IMG/VR virus record: IMGVR_UViG_2526164690_000042
DNA length: 17,689 nt
Strand: one strand, 5' to 3'
Source of the DNA: a virus
Lineage: Duplodnaviria; Heunggongvirae; Uroviricota; Caudoviricetes
Each line of letters starts with the position of its first letter. The first letter of the stretch is position 1. This document shows positions 1 through 8,569 of the stretch, in pieces. Under the pieces are notes generated by a model. It saw only the letters and a program-made list of their open reading frames with translations, searched no databases and was not told where the DNA came from. The position numbers were made by a program, and so were the translations under genes.

Positions 1-1119
1 TCAAACAACCAATTTAACCCATTCCTGACCACGAGTATCGTTATAACGATCGGTGGTTGCTTGGACTTTATGTCCCAGTAATGTTTTTGTATCAATACCC
101 TGCGCGCGGTACAGTCGTTCTGACAGGGAGCGTTGTTCATGAAATGTTGGCGGAGTTTTTCCTGCTGGTGGAGTTATCCCAGCCAGATCCCGTGCTTTGG
201 CAAAGTAGTCGCTCAGGTTGTCTTTACTCATCGGCTTTGGTTGTTTCTGGTGCCGACTATGGATTAGATATGGACTTAATATTCTGTCTCGGCACCCATC
301 AATAACTTCTTTTAACGTTATCCCAATGGCATCACAGCGTAGTGTAAGCGGTAACGCCAGACGCATTCCGGTTTTTCCCTGGGTGATATGCAAGTGTTCG
401 TTCCACACATCTGAAAAACGCATGTGGCAAATGTCATCACGGCGCTGACCAGTAACAATCGCAAGAAGCATTGCGTTACGGATAAAGTGTTTTTCAGGCG
501 TTGCGTTGTAAATTTTTTGCCAGTCTTCTAGGGTGAGCCTGGCTCTAGTTACTTTAGGGATCGGTTTACGGGTAGCCTCCGGAGGATTCCATCCAGGAGG
601 AACTTCCCCTGCATGCTGTGCTTCTTTATAAATATCAACCCATAATCCACGATTTACTCTCGCTGTGCTGACCATGTCTTTATCCAGCCACTCATCCAGT
701 ATTAATGCAAAGTCTCTTACTTCCAGTTCTTTCAATGGGTGGTTTCCCAGACGGGAAACCAGGTATGCAGCCATTCGGGCTTTTTCTTTGTGAGTTGTAG
801 CTGCAATATCTCCATTTTTCAGTCGCGTGTCCTGTATTTTCAGATATCGATCAACCCATGCCTTTAATCTGATACCCCGACGCTTTGTTGCTGACGGACT
901 TTCATCAATTTTGCGCATGAAATATTCAGCCTCTGCTGCAGCTATTCGCTGATTGGCTGTGGAAGCGATTTTTTCTGCCTTACCTTTGTCTGTTCCGAGC
1001 CCGTGAAATTTTCCAGTCACAGGGTTTTTATACTGGTAGTAAACTCTGCCAGTTCTGCGATCAAATTTTTCGTAAAGTCCGGCTACGTCAGTGCTGTTTT
1101 TTCGTGGCCTCGGTGACAT
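1..1119 (-). CDS. int: Lambda-type tyrosine integrase (site-specific recombinase)
   Basis: 372-aa ORF whose C-terminal half resembles lambda Int as I recall it (…VTGQRRDDICHMRFSDV…, …PPTFHEQRSLSERLY…, …GHKVQATTDRYNDTRGQEW…), with conserved R, H-x-x-R and catalytic Tyr positions. It overlaps the upstream excisionase-like ORF by about 30 nt, as in lambda. The stop codon sits at the window edge. Confidence 0.9.
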   Translation of the reverse strand: MSPRPRKNSTDVAGLYEKFDRRTGRVYYQYKNPVTGKFHGLGTDKGKAEKIASTANQRIAAAEAEYFMRKIDESPSATKRRGIRLKAWVDRYLKIQDTRLKNGDIAATTHKEKARMAAYLVSRLGNHPLKELEVRDFALILDEWLDKDMVSTARVNRGLWVDIYKEAQHAGEVPPGWNPPEATRKPIPKVTRARLTLEDWQKIYNATPEKHFIRNAMLLAIVTGQRRDDICHMRFSDVWNEHLHITQGKTGMRLALPLTLRCDAIGITLKEVIDGCRDRILSPYLIHSRHQKQPKPMSKDNLSDYFAKARDLAGITPPAGKTPPTFHEQRSLSERLYRAQGIDTKTLLGHKVQATTDRYNDTRGQEWVKLVV

Positions 1120-1366
1120 GAGTTAAAATCTCCTTCAGTGCATCATCATCGCCAGTATGAATTTCCGGCGCAATTCCTGTTTCACCAGGTCCAACAAATA
1201 CTGCTCGGCGATCTATCAGCCAACGCCCACGAATTTTTTGTGGTCTTGGAACGATGTATCCTAGTTTTCCGTATTTCACCAGGGTAGTGTTTGTTATTGG
1301 GAGACTGAACCGTTTTGGCTTCCACTCATCGAGCGTTATCAGGTACTGTTCGCTCATGGCTATCAC
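1088..1366 (-). CDS. xis: Excisionase-like small DNA-binding protein (Xis)
   Basis: 92-aa ORF immediately upstream of and overlapping int on the same strand, with a basic C-terminal half. Position and size fit a directionality factor. The start could be an internal Met (MSEQYL…). Confidence 0.65.
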   Translation of the reverse strand: MIAMSEQYLITLDEWKPKRFSLPITNTTLVKYGKLGYIVPRPQKIRGRWLIDRRAVFVGPGETGIAPEIHTGDDDALKEILTHVTEATKKQH

Positions 1367-1418
1367 TCCGGAACGCGCCAGTTGCAGAATACCAACGACA
1401 ACTGGCGACGGTTGAACA

Positions 1419-2759
1419 TTAAAAATCAGCCTGACTCGGGATCAGTTTTTGCCAGATAACTGAAACGTATTTTGCCTGATAACGGGCGTCATCAAGTGCA
1501 TTATGGCGCTCACCTTCGAATGGAATAGCCGTTCTGGCATCGAAGTCTATGGCTTTCCCCAGCTCAACGATTGTGCGTACATCGCGATCGTTGTAGTAAC
1601 GCCACGGGCAGGGGATCCCCTGCCGTTCGTATGAACGGCGCAAAATCGTGTTATCGAAGTTGGCTCCATTTCCCCAGACCTGAACAAAAAATTCACCGGA
1701 GTTTTCGTCGATAAATTCCCGCAATTGTAACAGTGCATCATCTAACGGGATTTCATCGGTCATAATGGCAGATTGCGCTTCGCGTGATTGCTTAAGCCAC
1801 CATTTAATGGTGTCCCGATCAATGACTCCGCCAGCAGTTTCCAGATCGATAGTCTTACTAAATTCCGGTCCCATATCTCCGGTTTGCGGATCGAAAAATA
1901 TTGCACCTATTGAGATGATCGGGGCATCAGGATTTTTTCCCATGGTTTCAAGGTCGATCATTAGATGGTCACACGTCCTGCTGGTGGATGTGATTTCGTG
2001 ATGACCGTTCACCTTAATTGAGTGATCTGCCGTCTCGCCAGTTTCATTATCGCTATCGTGATGCTGATTGCCGCCAGTGTTCTCCTTGTGTGGATGTTCA
2101 GCGCCTTCCATTTTCTCCGGATCATCTTCCTGAACTTCAACCTGATACTCTTCATCGAATGTTTCCTGGTATGTTGCGTCGCCCATCACCGCGCCACAAT
2201 CAGGGCAGTTGCCGCCGCCGGTCTGACCGCAGGCGGTGCAGGCTTTTTCCACTTCCTGTTGCGCCACTGGTTCAGGCTGTTTCGTTTCTGGCTCGTTTTG
2301 TAACGCATTTGGGCTGTTTTGTTCCGCTTTTTGGTAGTTCCGTTCCGATTCATGCTGGTTCTGGTTTACAGAATCGCGGGTCTGGATCCCCTTAACCCAT
2401 TTCGGATCATTCGGGTCGCTAATCCCTGCAACAAATTCTCCGCGAGAGGCAGCAAGCAACTTATCGGCGTCAGGCTGGCTGATATTGGCTGCCTGCATAA
2501 TTTTGTTTACTTCGTCAGCGGTAACTTTTACCGGCTCTGGTTGTGCGGTCGTGTCAGATGCACCAGTATTTTGTTGTGAACCTGAGTATGTACTGTTTTT
2601 GCGGGCGAAATATTCTTCTTTCGTGATTTCAGTAGCCCCGGCAGCCAGTGCCTTATCCAGACCAGAAAGTTTGTTTGCGCGACCGTATTTTTCGCCATCC
2701 TTGTCGGTGAAGAGGAAGTAGAACGGCCCCTCACGCTCTACAGATGGTTCGACTTCCAC
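1419..2759 (-). CDS. DEDDh-family (DnaQ-like) 3'-5' exonuclease with N-terminal acidic low-complexity region and Cys4 zinc ribbon
   Basis: The C-terminal ~180 aa carry Exo I (MIDLETMG), Exo II ([13 protein letters not shown]) and Exo III ([13 protein letters not shown]) motifs. The N-terminal ~260 aa are Q/E/N/D-rich and include [16 protein letters not shown]. The start overlaps the stop of the upstream gene by about 22 nt. Confidence 0.8.
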   Translation of the reverse strand: MEVEPSVEREGPFYFLFTDKDGEKYGRANKLSGLDKALAAGATEITKEEYFARKNSTYSGSQQNTGASDTTAQPEPVKVTADEVNKIMQAANISQPDADKLLAASRGEFVAGISDPNDPKWVKGIQTRDSVNQNQHESERNYQKAEQNSPNALQNEPETKQPEPVAQQEVEKACTACGQTGGGNCPDCGAVMGDATYQETFDEEYQVEVQEDDPEKMEGAEHPHKENTGGNQHHDSDNETGETADHSIKVNGHHEITSTSRTCDHLMIDLETMGKNPDAPIISIGAIFFDPQTGDMGPEFSKTIDLETAGGVIDRDTIKWWLKQSREAQSAIMTDEIPLDDALLQLREFIDENSGEFFVQVWGNGANFDNTILRRSYERQGIPCPWRYYNDRDVRTIVELGKAIDFDARTAIPFEGERHNALDDARYQAKYVSVIWQKLIPSQADF

Positions 2760-3889
2760 TTTGCATTCGGTTTTTCGTTGTCCGGAATTGCCGTTTCCAC
2801 TGCATCAGTTTCTGGTACTGGCGACGAGAGAGTATCAGTTGCGCTCTGATTTGTTCCTTCATCTTCAAACACGCCCTTTGTAGTCAGGTATTCAGTAATG
2901 TATTTGTTCAGTGCCACAGGGTCTTTGTGAATGTCGATCGGACGTTCACGGACAAGGCCAAAAATAGTCTGGCGGTCGTAGCGAAGGGCATCAGGCTGTT
3001 TGCGCATTGATGCCGAGATACGCTTCCAGTCTTCGCGGTCGTTGTCGATAACTTCATTTTTTGCCCAGCGATGGATGCTGCCGTCAATGTTTCCGGCATC
3101 CACATCACCAGGCCAGAGAGCGTAGGCCAGTTCGTCATCCAGTGTTTTCCATGTCTGCTTGTATTCGCGATGAATGGCAGCAATGACCGGGCTGATTTTT
3201 CCTGTTGAATTTTCAGTGTGCTGTTGATTGGTTCTGGCGCGGGCGAGATCAACAACAGACGTGTATTTTCCGGTTTCCTTGCGTTCACCTTCGCGACGTT
3301 TTTTCCAGATGCGCATCTCTGCCTGAATTTCGGGCCATTTGGCACCAGGCTTACATTTATGCTTAACCCACCCGATGGCATGCAGCTTAAGCTCCGGATA
3401 CATGGCGTTAACTTCTGGCATTTTCATCAACGCTTCAACGATATGTCCGTCGAATGTTGCCATGTCTTCCTGCAACAATTCCTGTGCGCTAATAACCATA
3501 TCAACGGTGATGTTTTCACATGTGTCGAACTTAACCATGACAGCGTTCTGTACTTCAGGGGCCAGCTTGTCAAAAGTGACGTTCATCGGATCTGATTCAG
3601 TCTCAACCGGAACAAAGGAAGCAGACTCCTCATCCCAGCGGTTTTCCTGCATATATTCAGCATCCCATGAATCGAGGGCAGGGCGGGGTATGCCAGGTTT
3701 ATCCTCGCAGATAATAAATTTATAAGCGCAGTCCTGAGCAGCCGGATAATGTTCCAGGAATTGCCAGTGAAATTTTGCTCGAGCACGGCGTTCGTCGCCA
3801 GCTTCAATAGCTGTGGCTACAGCCACAGCGCCTTCTTCCCTTGTTGCCAGTTCGTCAGGAATGGCGGCGCAAATAAAGACTTTACTCAT
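2738..3889 (-). CDS. Hypothetical phage early-left protein (383 aa), function unknown
   Basis: Long uninterrupted ORF co-oriented with and translationally coupled to the exonuclease gene. No motif I can confidently assign. It sits where a recombination partner (SSAP) is found in lambdoid phages. Confidence 0.7.
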   Translation of the reverse strand: MSKVFICAAIPDELATREEGAVAVATAIEAGDERRARAKFHWQFLEHYPAAQDCAYKFIICEDKPGIPRPALDSWDAEYMQENRWDEESASFVPVETESDPMNVTFDKLAPEVQNAVMVKFDTCENITVDMVISAQELLQEDMATFDGHIVEALMKMPEVNAMYPELKLHAIGWVKHKCKPGAKWPEIQAEMRIWKKRREGERKETGKYTSVVDLARARTNQQHTENSTGKISPVIAAIHREYKQTWKTLDDELAYALWPGDVDAGNIDGSIHRWAKNEVIDNDREDWKRISASMRKQPDALRYDRQTIFGLVRERPIDIHKDPVALNKYITEYLTTKGVFEDEGTNQSATDTLSSPVPETDAVETAIPDNEKPNAKWKSNHL

Positions 3890-3982
3890 TTTGTTTTAAC
3901 CTCATGACAGATTTAAGGATGAACAAATCCCTGCCATTGCTGGCATATAAGAATGAAACCGGATATTTATTACGGAACTGTT

Positions 3983-4174
3983 TTAAAGACCTGCCGGGAT
4001 TTCGATATTATCCTGGTGAATAACTTTATCTACCGGGTAACAGTTACCGGGAATTTTCTGTTCGGTTGCTGCAGTCATACACTCCTGCATTGTCCTGTGA
4101 ACACTGACTGCAATATCAACTGGCTCTCCGGAAACAAGAAAAACTGTCAGAACAAGTGCAAATGCTGTATTCAT
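3983..4174 (-). CDS. Small secreted or membrane-anchored protein (~63 aa) with N-terminal signal-like hydrophobic segment
   Basis: The 81-aa track ORF 3983..4228 is trimmed to the internal Met at 4174, which has an AGGA Shine-Dalgarno about 8 nt upstream and overlaps the upstream gene stop as ATGA. The product begins MNTAFALVLTVFLVSGEP…. Confidence 0.4.
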   Translation of the reverse strand: MNTAFALVLTVFLVSGEPVDIAVSVHRTMQECMTAATEQKIPGNCYPVDKVIHQDNIEIPAGL

Positions 4175-4359
4175 TGCCAGCATCCTTTTTGTATCGGACG
4201 TAAACGGGCCAACATTGAAAGAATGCATATTTTATTTAATAGCTCCCGTTCGTGTTTTCTCTTGTTAATGGCATCTTCAGTAAATACAGGGTTACTGATA
4301 GTGACACCAATTTCAAAACAACCTTCAGACGTATTAACGTTTGGTAATAACGTTTTCAT
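4171..4359 (-). CDS. Small hypothetical protein (~62 aa), translationally coupled to the downstream small ORF
   Basis: The 97-aa track ORF 4171..4464 starts with GTG. The internal ATG at 4359 is preceded by GAGGG about 7 nt upstream, so it is the more plausible start. The product is basic (…KRKHERELLNK…). Confidence 0.35.
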   Translation of the reverse strand: MKTLLPNVNTSEGCFEIGVTISNPVFTEDAINKRKHERELLNKICILSMLARLRPIQKGCWQ

Positions 4360-4848
4360 TATCGCGCCCTCAACAATGAGTTTTGTGATGCGGTGCCTGG
4401 TGCCTCCAGGTGACGTTAACCAGTTAACAACTAACGCCGGATACAGAGAATCCAACCATAACACTGTTTTTGGTTTTAACTGTTCCGCGTGCGCTTAGCC
4501 GCATTCACCGCATCACAAAATTCACTTTAAAAAGGGCGGCAGAGCAGTCACGGAGTAAAACTGATACCGCCAAACGTCACCAGAAAATTGATAACAGAGG
4601 GCGTTGCAGCGGGGTTGTCACTTAAGCGTATGGTCAACCTGACAACCCGGTGTCCTCAACGGGGGAAGGAATAACCCCGCCATACTTACCGCCGCGCCAT
4701 TTCGCGGATTGCCACAACCAGAAGCGCACGGTCGAAGAAATTTAACGACAAGACTTATATGCAAAGGGATCTCGCCGTGCGCTTTCGTGTTATGCCCTGA
4801 CTTTTCAGGGTAAATTAACCTGTGGAAACCTGTTTTTACTGGCGCTAA

Positions 4849-5088
4849 TCAGTTAGCGTTTCTGGCTAACCAGCGATGCGCGGCAGCTTCGGTTTTAAAC
4901 GTTTTACTTTTGGTATACGTCATCGCGGTAAACGTGCCGTCCTGATTGGGAAACACGCCACATACCAGAGATTCGTTGTTGCCAAGCTCGATAGTATCCA
5001 TGCTGACCTCATTTCCCCTTAACGCTGGGGTAGCGGAACTAAAAACCTGCTGCGCTGTTATACAAAGTGTTCCCGCCGTCATGTTCAT
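4849..5088 (-). CDS. Hypothetical protein (79 aa), first gene downstream of the leftward PL-like promoter
   Basis: ORF begins about 95 bp downstream of the predicted leftward promoter at 5183..5211. The product is not arginine-rich, so it is unlikely to be an N-like antiterminator. Confidence 0.5.
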   Translation of the reverse strand: MNMTAGTLCITAQQVFSSATPALRGNEVSMDTIELGNNESLVCGVFPNQDGTFTAMTYTKSKTFKTEAAAHRWLARNAN

Positions 5089-5182
5089 ACGCCTCGGGCT
5101 GGCTACTTAATCCCTGACCACTGCCGGGTAACTCTAGGTATTGCCCTGTATTGTGTGGGACGGGATGGGTTGGTATGGGAAA

Positions 5183-5225
5183 ACTATAGGAAATGCCTAA
5201 TTTCTTGTCAATAGGCTATGCCTAA
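5183..5225 (-). promoter_or_regulatory. Leftward early promoter (PL-like) with overlapping operator (OL-like)
   Basis: Read on the minus strand: -35 TTGACA (plus 5206..5211), 17-nt spacer, -10 TATAGT (plus 5183..5188). The half-site pair ATAGGC-N3-GCCTAA at 5211..5225 abuts the -35. A 20-mer here (tgtcaataggctatgcctaa, 5206..5225) is the exact reverse complement of 5850..5869 on the other side of the repressor gene. Confidence 0.6.
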
Positions 5226-5319
5226 TGATTTGGGTGCGACCTAATAGGTGATGGTTTGTGGGAGAGGTAGTAGGAGTTAACTAACGGGAACTAGGAATTT
5301 CCCGTCGGACCATATAAGT

Positions 5320-5796
5320 TTAAGTTCCTGTCTTGGTGATGTTCTGGCTTTTCCGTTTTGATTCTTGATTTTTCAGATAGTTAGCTACCTTCATTTCCAT
5401 TGCGGCAATGTAGGCGCGAACGTCATGATCAACCCAACTAGGCTCCGTAGCATTTCCAGATAAGAGGAAAGCCACAATTGCTCTTTTTTCATCAGAGGCG
5501 GCTTGATAAAGGCTGTTTATGTCTAAAAGTTCACTTTTTGTATCTGAAGTGGATGGGGTTGGTATGGGGTATTCGTTAAGCCCCCAATGCTCTGGACCAA
5601 CCACATCAGAAAAGAAACGCCATAGTTCTGGAAGTTTGTCTTTACTTATCGAACCTTTCTTAATCCAGTCATGGATTGATGGTGGTTGGACTTTGAAATG
5701 ACGTGCGATTTCCGCCTTTGATTTGACGGCTCCTGATGCAATTTTTTTGTTAATGGCCTGCTCTATCGCTCGGCCTAAGTCTTTACCACTAAGCAT
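5320..5796 (-). CDS. racR: Prophage repressor, RacR-like (HTH, no LexA-type autocleavage domain apparent)
   Basis: 158-aa ORF transcribed divergently from the rightward early genes and flanked by operator/promoter modules. HTH-like segment KAEIARHFKVQPPSIHDWIKKG. An AGGAGA Shine-Dalgarno lies about 9 nt upstream. The sequence matches what I recall of E. coli Rac RacR, unverified. Confidence 0.75.
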   Translation of the reverse strand: MLSGKDLGRAIEQAINKKIASGAVKSKAEIARHFKVQPPSIHDWIKKGSISKDKLPELWRFFSDVVGPEHWGLNEYPIPTPSTSDTKSELLDINSLYQAASDEKRAIVAFLLSGNATEPSWVDHDVRAYIAAMEMKVANYLKNQESKRKSQNITKTGT

Positions 5797-5849
5797 TGCT
5801 TAATAGTCTCCTATGCGCATCGCGTTAGGCAATCCCTACTCTCGAAGCG

Positions 5850-5893
5850 TTAGGCATAGCCTATTGACAATCGCATTAGGCTAAGCCTAATAT
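5850..5893 (+). promoter_or_regulatory. Rightward early promoter (PR-like) with two palindromic operators (OR-like)
   Basis: -35 TTGACA at 5864..5869 and -10 TAATAT at 5888..5893 with an 18-nt spacer. Operators TTAGGC-ata-GCCTAT (5850..5864) and TTAGGC-taa-GCCTAA (5875..5889). An extra half-site TTAGGC lies at 5825..5830. Confidence 0.6.
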
Positions 5894-5920
5894 TATTGTG
5901 TGTTTTTTGGAGTTCATTCG

Positions 5921-6244
5921 ATGAAAAAAGATAACTATTCATTCAAACGAGCTTGTGCTGTTGTCGGTGGGCAATCAGCAATGGCTAGGCTTTTAGGTGT
6001 ATCTCCTCCAAGCGTAAATCAATGGATCAAAGGTGTACGTCAGTTGCCTGCTGAGAGATGTCCTGCGATTGAACGAGCAACAAAAGGTGGTGTCCTGTGT
6101 GAAGAACTTCGTCCTGATGTTGATTGGACATACTTACGACGCTCGTCATGTTATTCGCAGAATATGTCGATGAAGCAACCAAATGACGAAAACGATCATA
6201 CCCGAAGCATCAAGAGGCAAATGATTCATGAAAATCAAACATGA
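5921..6244 (+). CDS. ydaS: Cro/CI-type HTH regulator, YdaS-like
   Basis: ATG at 5921 has GGAG about 7 nt upstream (the track ORF begins earlier at 5900). HTH segment QSAMARLLGVSPPSVNQWIKG. First rightward gene, divergent from the repressor. Resembles Rac YdaS as recalled. Confidence 0.75.
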   Translation: MKKDNYSFKRACAVVGGQSAMARLLGVSPPSVNQWIKGVRQLPAERCPAIERATKGGVLCEELRPDVDWTYLRRSSCYSQNMSMKQPNDENDHTRSIKRQMIHENQT

Positions 6245-6653
6245 GCACATCCGCATGGCGATGAATGCCTGGGCATATCCTGATGGTGAGAAAGTTCCGG
6301 CAGCTGGAATAACCCAGGCTTATTTTGAGTTGGGTATGACGTTCCCAGAACTGTATGACGACAGCCATCCGGAAGCCCTGGCTCGCAATACCCAGAAAAT
6401 TTTCCGCTGGGTAGAGAAAGACACCCCTGATGCAGTTGAAAAAATTCAGGCGTTGTTACCAGCGATCGAAAAGGCAATGCCACCTTTGCTGGTGGCCAGA
6501 ATGCGCAGCCACAGTTCAGCTTATTTTCGGGAGCTGGTGGAGACGCGGGAGCGACTGGTGAGAGACGCTGATGATTTTGTCGCAGTGGCAATCGCCGGTT
6601 TCAATCAGATGAACCGTGGTGGCCCGGCAGGAAATGCTGTGGCAGTGCATTGA
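6228..6653 (+). CDS. ydaT: YdaT-like protein (reported as a toxin or CII-like regulator in Rac)
   Basis: 141-aa ORF overlapping the end of the YdaS-like gene. N-terminus MKIKHEHIRMAMNAWAYPDGEK… matches my recollection of Rac YdaT. Confidence 0.75.
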   Translation: MKIKHEHIRMAMNAWAYPDGEKVPAAGITQAYFELGMTFPELYDDSHPEALARNTQKIFRWVEKDTPDAVEKIQALLPAIEKAMPPLLVARMRSHSSAYFRELVETRERLVRDADDFVAVAIAGFNQMNRGGPAGNAVAVH

Positions 6654-6718
6654 GTGATAATAGCCATATCGAATCGCTTCCGGCAACTCGTGAGTAAAAA
6701 GATTCGGTATCAGAAGAG

Positions 6719-7795
6719 GTGAGTATGGCTAACGCCTGGCTCAGATTATGGCATGACATGCCAAATGACCCTAAGTGGCGAACAATTGCCAGGGTGTCAG
6801 GGCAGCCAATTGCAACAGTGATGGCAGTGTATATCCACCTCCTGGTGAGCGCGTCACGAAATGTCACGCGAGGTCACATTGATGTCACGACAGAAGATTT
6901 GGCAAGTGCGCTCGACGTGACAGAAGAGGTAATTGATTCAATTTTGCAGACGATGCAGGGGCGGGTACTTGATGGTGATTTAATCACTGGATGGGAAAAA
7001 CGCCAGGTGCTTAAAGAGGACAACGGCAATATTTCGCAAACCGCAAAATCTCCTGCAGAGCGCAAGAGGGCGCAGCGAGAGAGGGAAAGAAAGCGGGAAC
7101 AAAATGGCGATTGTCACGGCGCGTCACGAAATGTCACGCACATGTCACGACGAGTCACGACAGATAAAGATACAGATAAAGATACAGATCAAGAAGATCA
7201 AAACACTATGGTCCATGGCGTAAAAAACGCCACGAACCAGGCAGGGGATGTTCAGACCGTCAACCCTGGTCAGCCAGCAGGCACGACACCGGAAGCCGAT
7301 TCAGCGTATGCGCTGAAAGCCGATTCGGGCGCTGTGCAGCAGGTGATGACCGCAAGGCCGGAGCAATCACACCAACTGCAGCAGCCCGAAGCCGATTCCG
7401 CCATTCAGCGGGAAGCCGATCGGGTAGTCCCGGAAAACACCGGGCAGTCTGTGGGACGAGTGGATTATCCGGATGTGTTCGAACAGGTCTGGCGGGAATA
7501 CCCGTTGCGTGCTGGGGCAAACCCGAAGAAATCCGCTTTCAGTGCCTGGAAGGCCAGATTACGCGAGGGGGTGCCACCAGAGGCCATACTGGATGGTGTG
7601 AGGCGTTACGCAAGATACCTGGCGGCTACCGGGAAAACGGGAACGGAATTTGTTCAGCGAGCGACGACGTTTTTTGGGCCGGACCGGAATTTTGAAAACC
7701 CCTGGTTGCTCCCGGTAAGCGGCACGAACAACCAGCGTTGTGTGAATCATATTTCTGAACCGGATACCGAAATTCCGCCGGGATTCAGGGGGTGA
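6719..7795 (+). CDS. Replication initiator, lambda O-like/DUF1376-type (YdaU-like) with internal origin iterons
   Basis: 358-aa ORF directly upstream of a DnaC-like loader. Two clusters of GTCACG iterons lie inside the coding sequence and are followed by an AT-rich repeat. GTG at 6719; an alternative ATG at 6725 has a better-spaced Shine-Dalgarno. Confidence 0.8.
   Translation: MSMANAWLRLWHDMPNDPKWRTIARVSGQPIATVMAVYIHLLVSASRNVTRGHIDVTTEDLASALDVTEEVIDSILQTMQGRVLDGDLITGWEKRQVLKEDNGNISQTAKSPAERKRAQRERERKREQNGDCHGASRNVTHMSRRVTTDKDTDKDTDQEDQNTMVHGVKNATNQAGDVQTVNPGQPAGTTPEADSAYALKADSGAVQQVMTARPEQSHQLQQPEADSAIQREADRVVPENTGQSVGRVDYPDVFEQVWREYPLRAGANPKKSAFSAWKARLREGVPPEAILDGVRRYARYLAATGKTGTEFVQRATTFFGPDRNFENPWLLPVSGTNNQRCVNHISEPDTEIPPGFRG
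6851..6889. repeat. Iteron cluster 1 (4 GTCACG/GTCACA copies at ~10-bp spacing) inside the initiator gene
   Basis: gcGTCACGaaatGTCACGcgagGTCACAttgatGTCACGa. The 19-bp core gcgtcacgaaatgtcacgc recurs exactly at 7121..7139. Confidence 0.6.
7111..7205. repeat. Iteron cluster 2 plus AT-rich tandem repeat: putative replication origin
   Basis: Five GTCACG copies at 7113, 7123, 7133, 7144 and 7154 (helical phasing), followed by cagataaagatacagataaagatacagatcaagaagatcaaaac. The arrangement parallels the lambda ori inside gene O. Confidence 0.6.
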
Positions 7796-7801
7796 TGTGG
7801 C

Positions 7802-8548
7802 ATGAAAAACATTGCGGCAGCCGGGGTTCTTGAACGTATTCGCAGACTTGCACCACAGGCGTCGGTTCCACCGTACCGGACGGTGGAGGAGTGGCGGGAA
7901 TGGCAACTTGTTGAAGGACGAAAACGCAGCGAGGAGATTAACCGCCAGAATCACCAGTTGCGGGTGGAAAAAATCCTGAATCGTTCGGGCATCCAGCCTC
8001 TGCACAGCAAATGCTCGTTTGCGAATTATCAGGTGCAGAACGACGGGCAAAAATACGCGCTGAGCCAGGCCAAATCCATAGCTGACGAACTGATGACCGG
8101 GTGCACGAATTTTGTGTTCAGCGGTAAAACCGGCACCGGGAAAAATCACCTTGCAGCGGCGATGGGTAACCGGCTGATGGCGAAGGGGCGCAGCGTGATT
8201 ATCGTCACCGTGTCTGATGTCATGAGCGTGTTGCATGACAGCTACGACAACGGCAAATCCGGGGAAAAATTTTTACAGGAGCTTTGCAGTGTTGATTTGC
8301 TGGTCCTGGATGAAATAGGCGTTCAGCGGGAGACGAAAAACGAGCAGGTGGTATTACACCAGATAATTGATCGCCGGACAGCATCACTGTGCAGTGTCGG
8401 GATGTTAACAAACCTGAATCATGCCGCAATGAGTACACTTCTTGGTGAGAGGATTATGGACCGCATGACCATGAACGGTGGTCGATGGGTGACGTTTAAC
8501 TGGGATAGCTGGCGTCCAAATGTCAGCAATATGAGGGTTGTGAAGTAA
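7802..8548 (+). CDS. DnaC-like replicative helicase loader (AAA+ ATPase, IstB/DnaC family)
   Basis: Walker A FSGKTGTGKNHLAAA and Walker B DLLVLDEIG. It follows the initiator gene, as lambda P or a DnaC analogue would. Confidence 0.9.
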   Translation: MKNIAAAGVLERIRRLAPQASVPPYRTVEEWREWQLVEGRKRSEEINRQNHQLRVEKILNRSGIQPLHSKCSFANYQVQNDGQKYALSQAKSIADELMTGCTNFVFSGKTGTGKNHLAAAMGNRLMAKGRSVIIVTVSDVMSVLHDSYDNGKSGEKFLQELCSVDLLVLDEIGVQRETKNEQVVLHQIIDRRTASLCSVGMLTNLNHAAMSTLLGERIMDRMTMNGGRWVTFNWDSWRPNVSNMRVVK

Positions 8549-8569
8549 TTTTGTCCGGAGGAAATTTTA

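Noticed and set aside
1765-2734. Several 60-125-aa ORFs overlapping the exonuclease gene on either strand
   Set aside because: All lie within the long exonuclease ORF, which has clear catalytic motifs. They have odd composition and no independent start signals.
2908-3807. ORFs of 74-157 aa on both strands overlapping the 383-aa gene
   Set aside because: Nested within or antisense to a long ORF in a coherent operon, with no support of their own.
3953-4498. 181-aa plus-strand ORF
   Set aside because: Cys-rich, low-complexity translation with no ribosome-binding site, lying antisense across two better-supported minus-strand small genes. Treated as a spurious frame.
7559-8236. 225-aa minus-strand ORF antisense to the initiator and DnaC-like genes
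   Set aside because: Arg/Pro-rich translation typical of an antisense frame in GC-rich coding sequence. The sense genes carry strong functional motifs.
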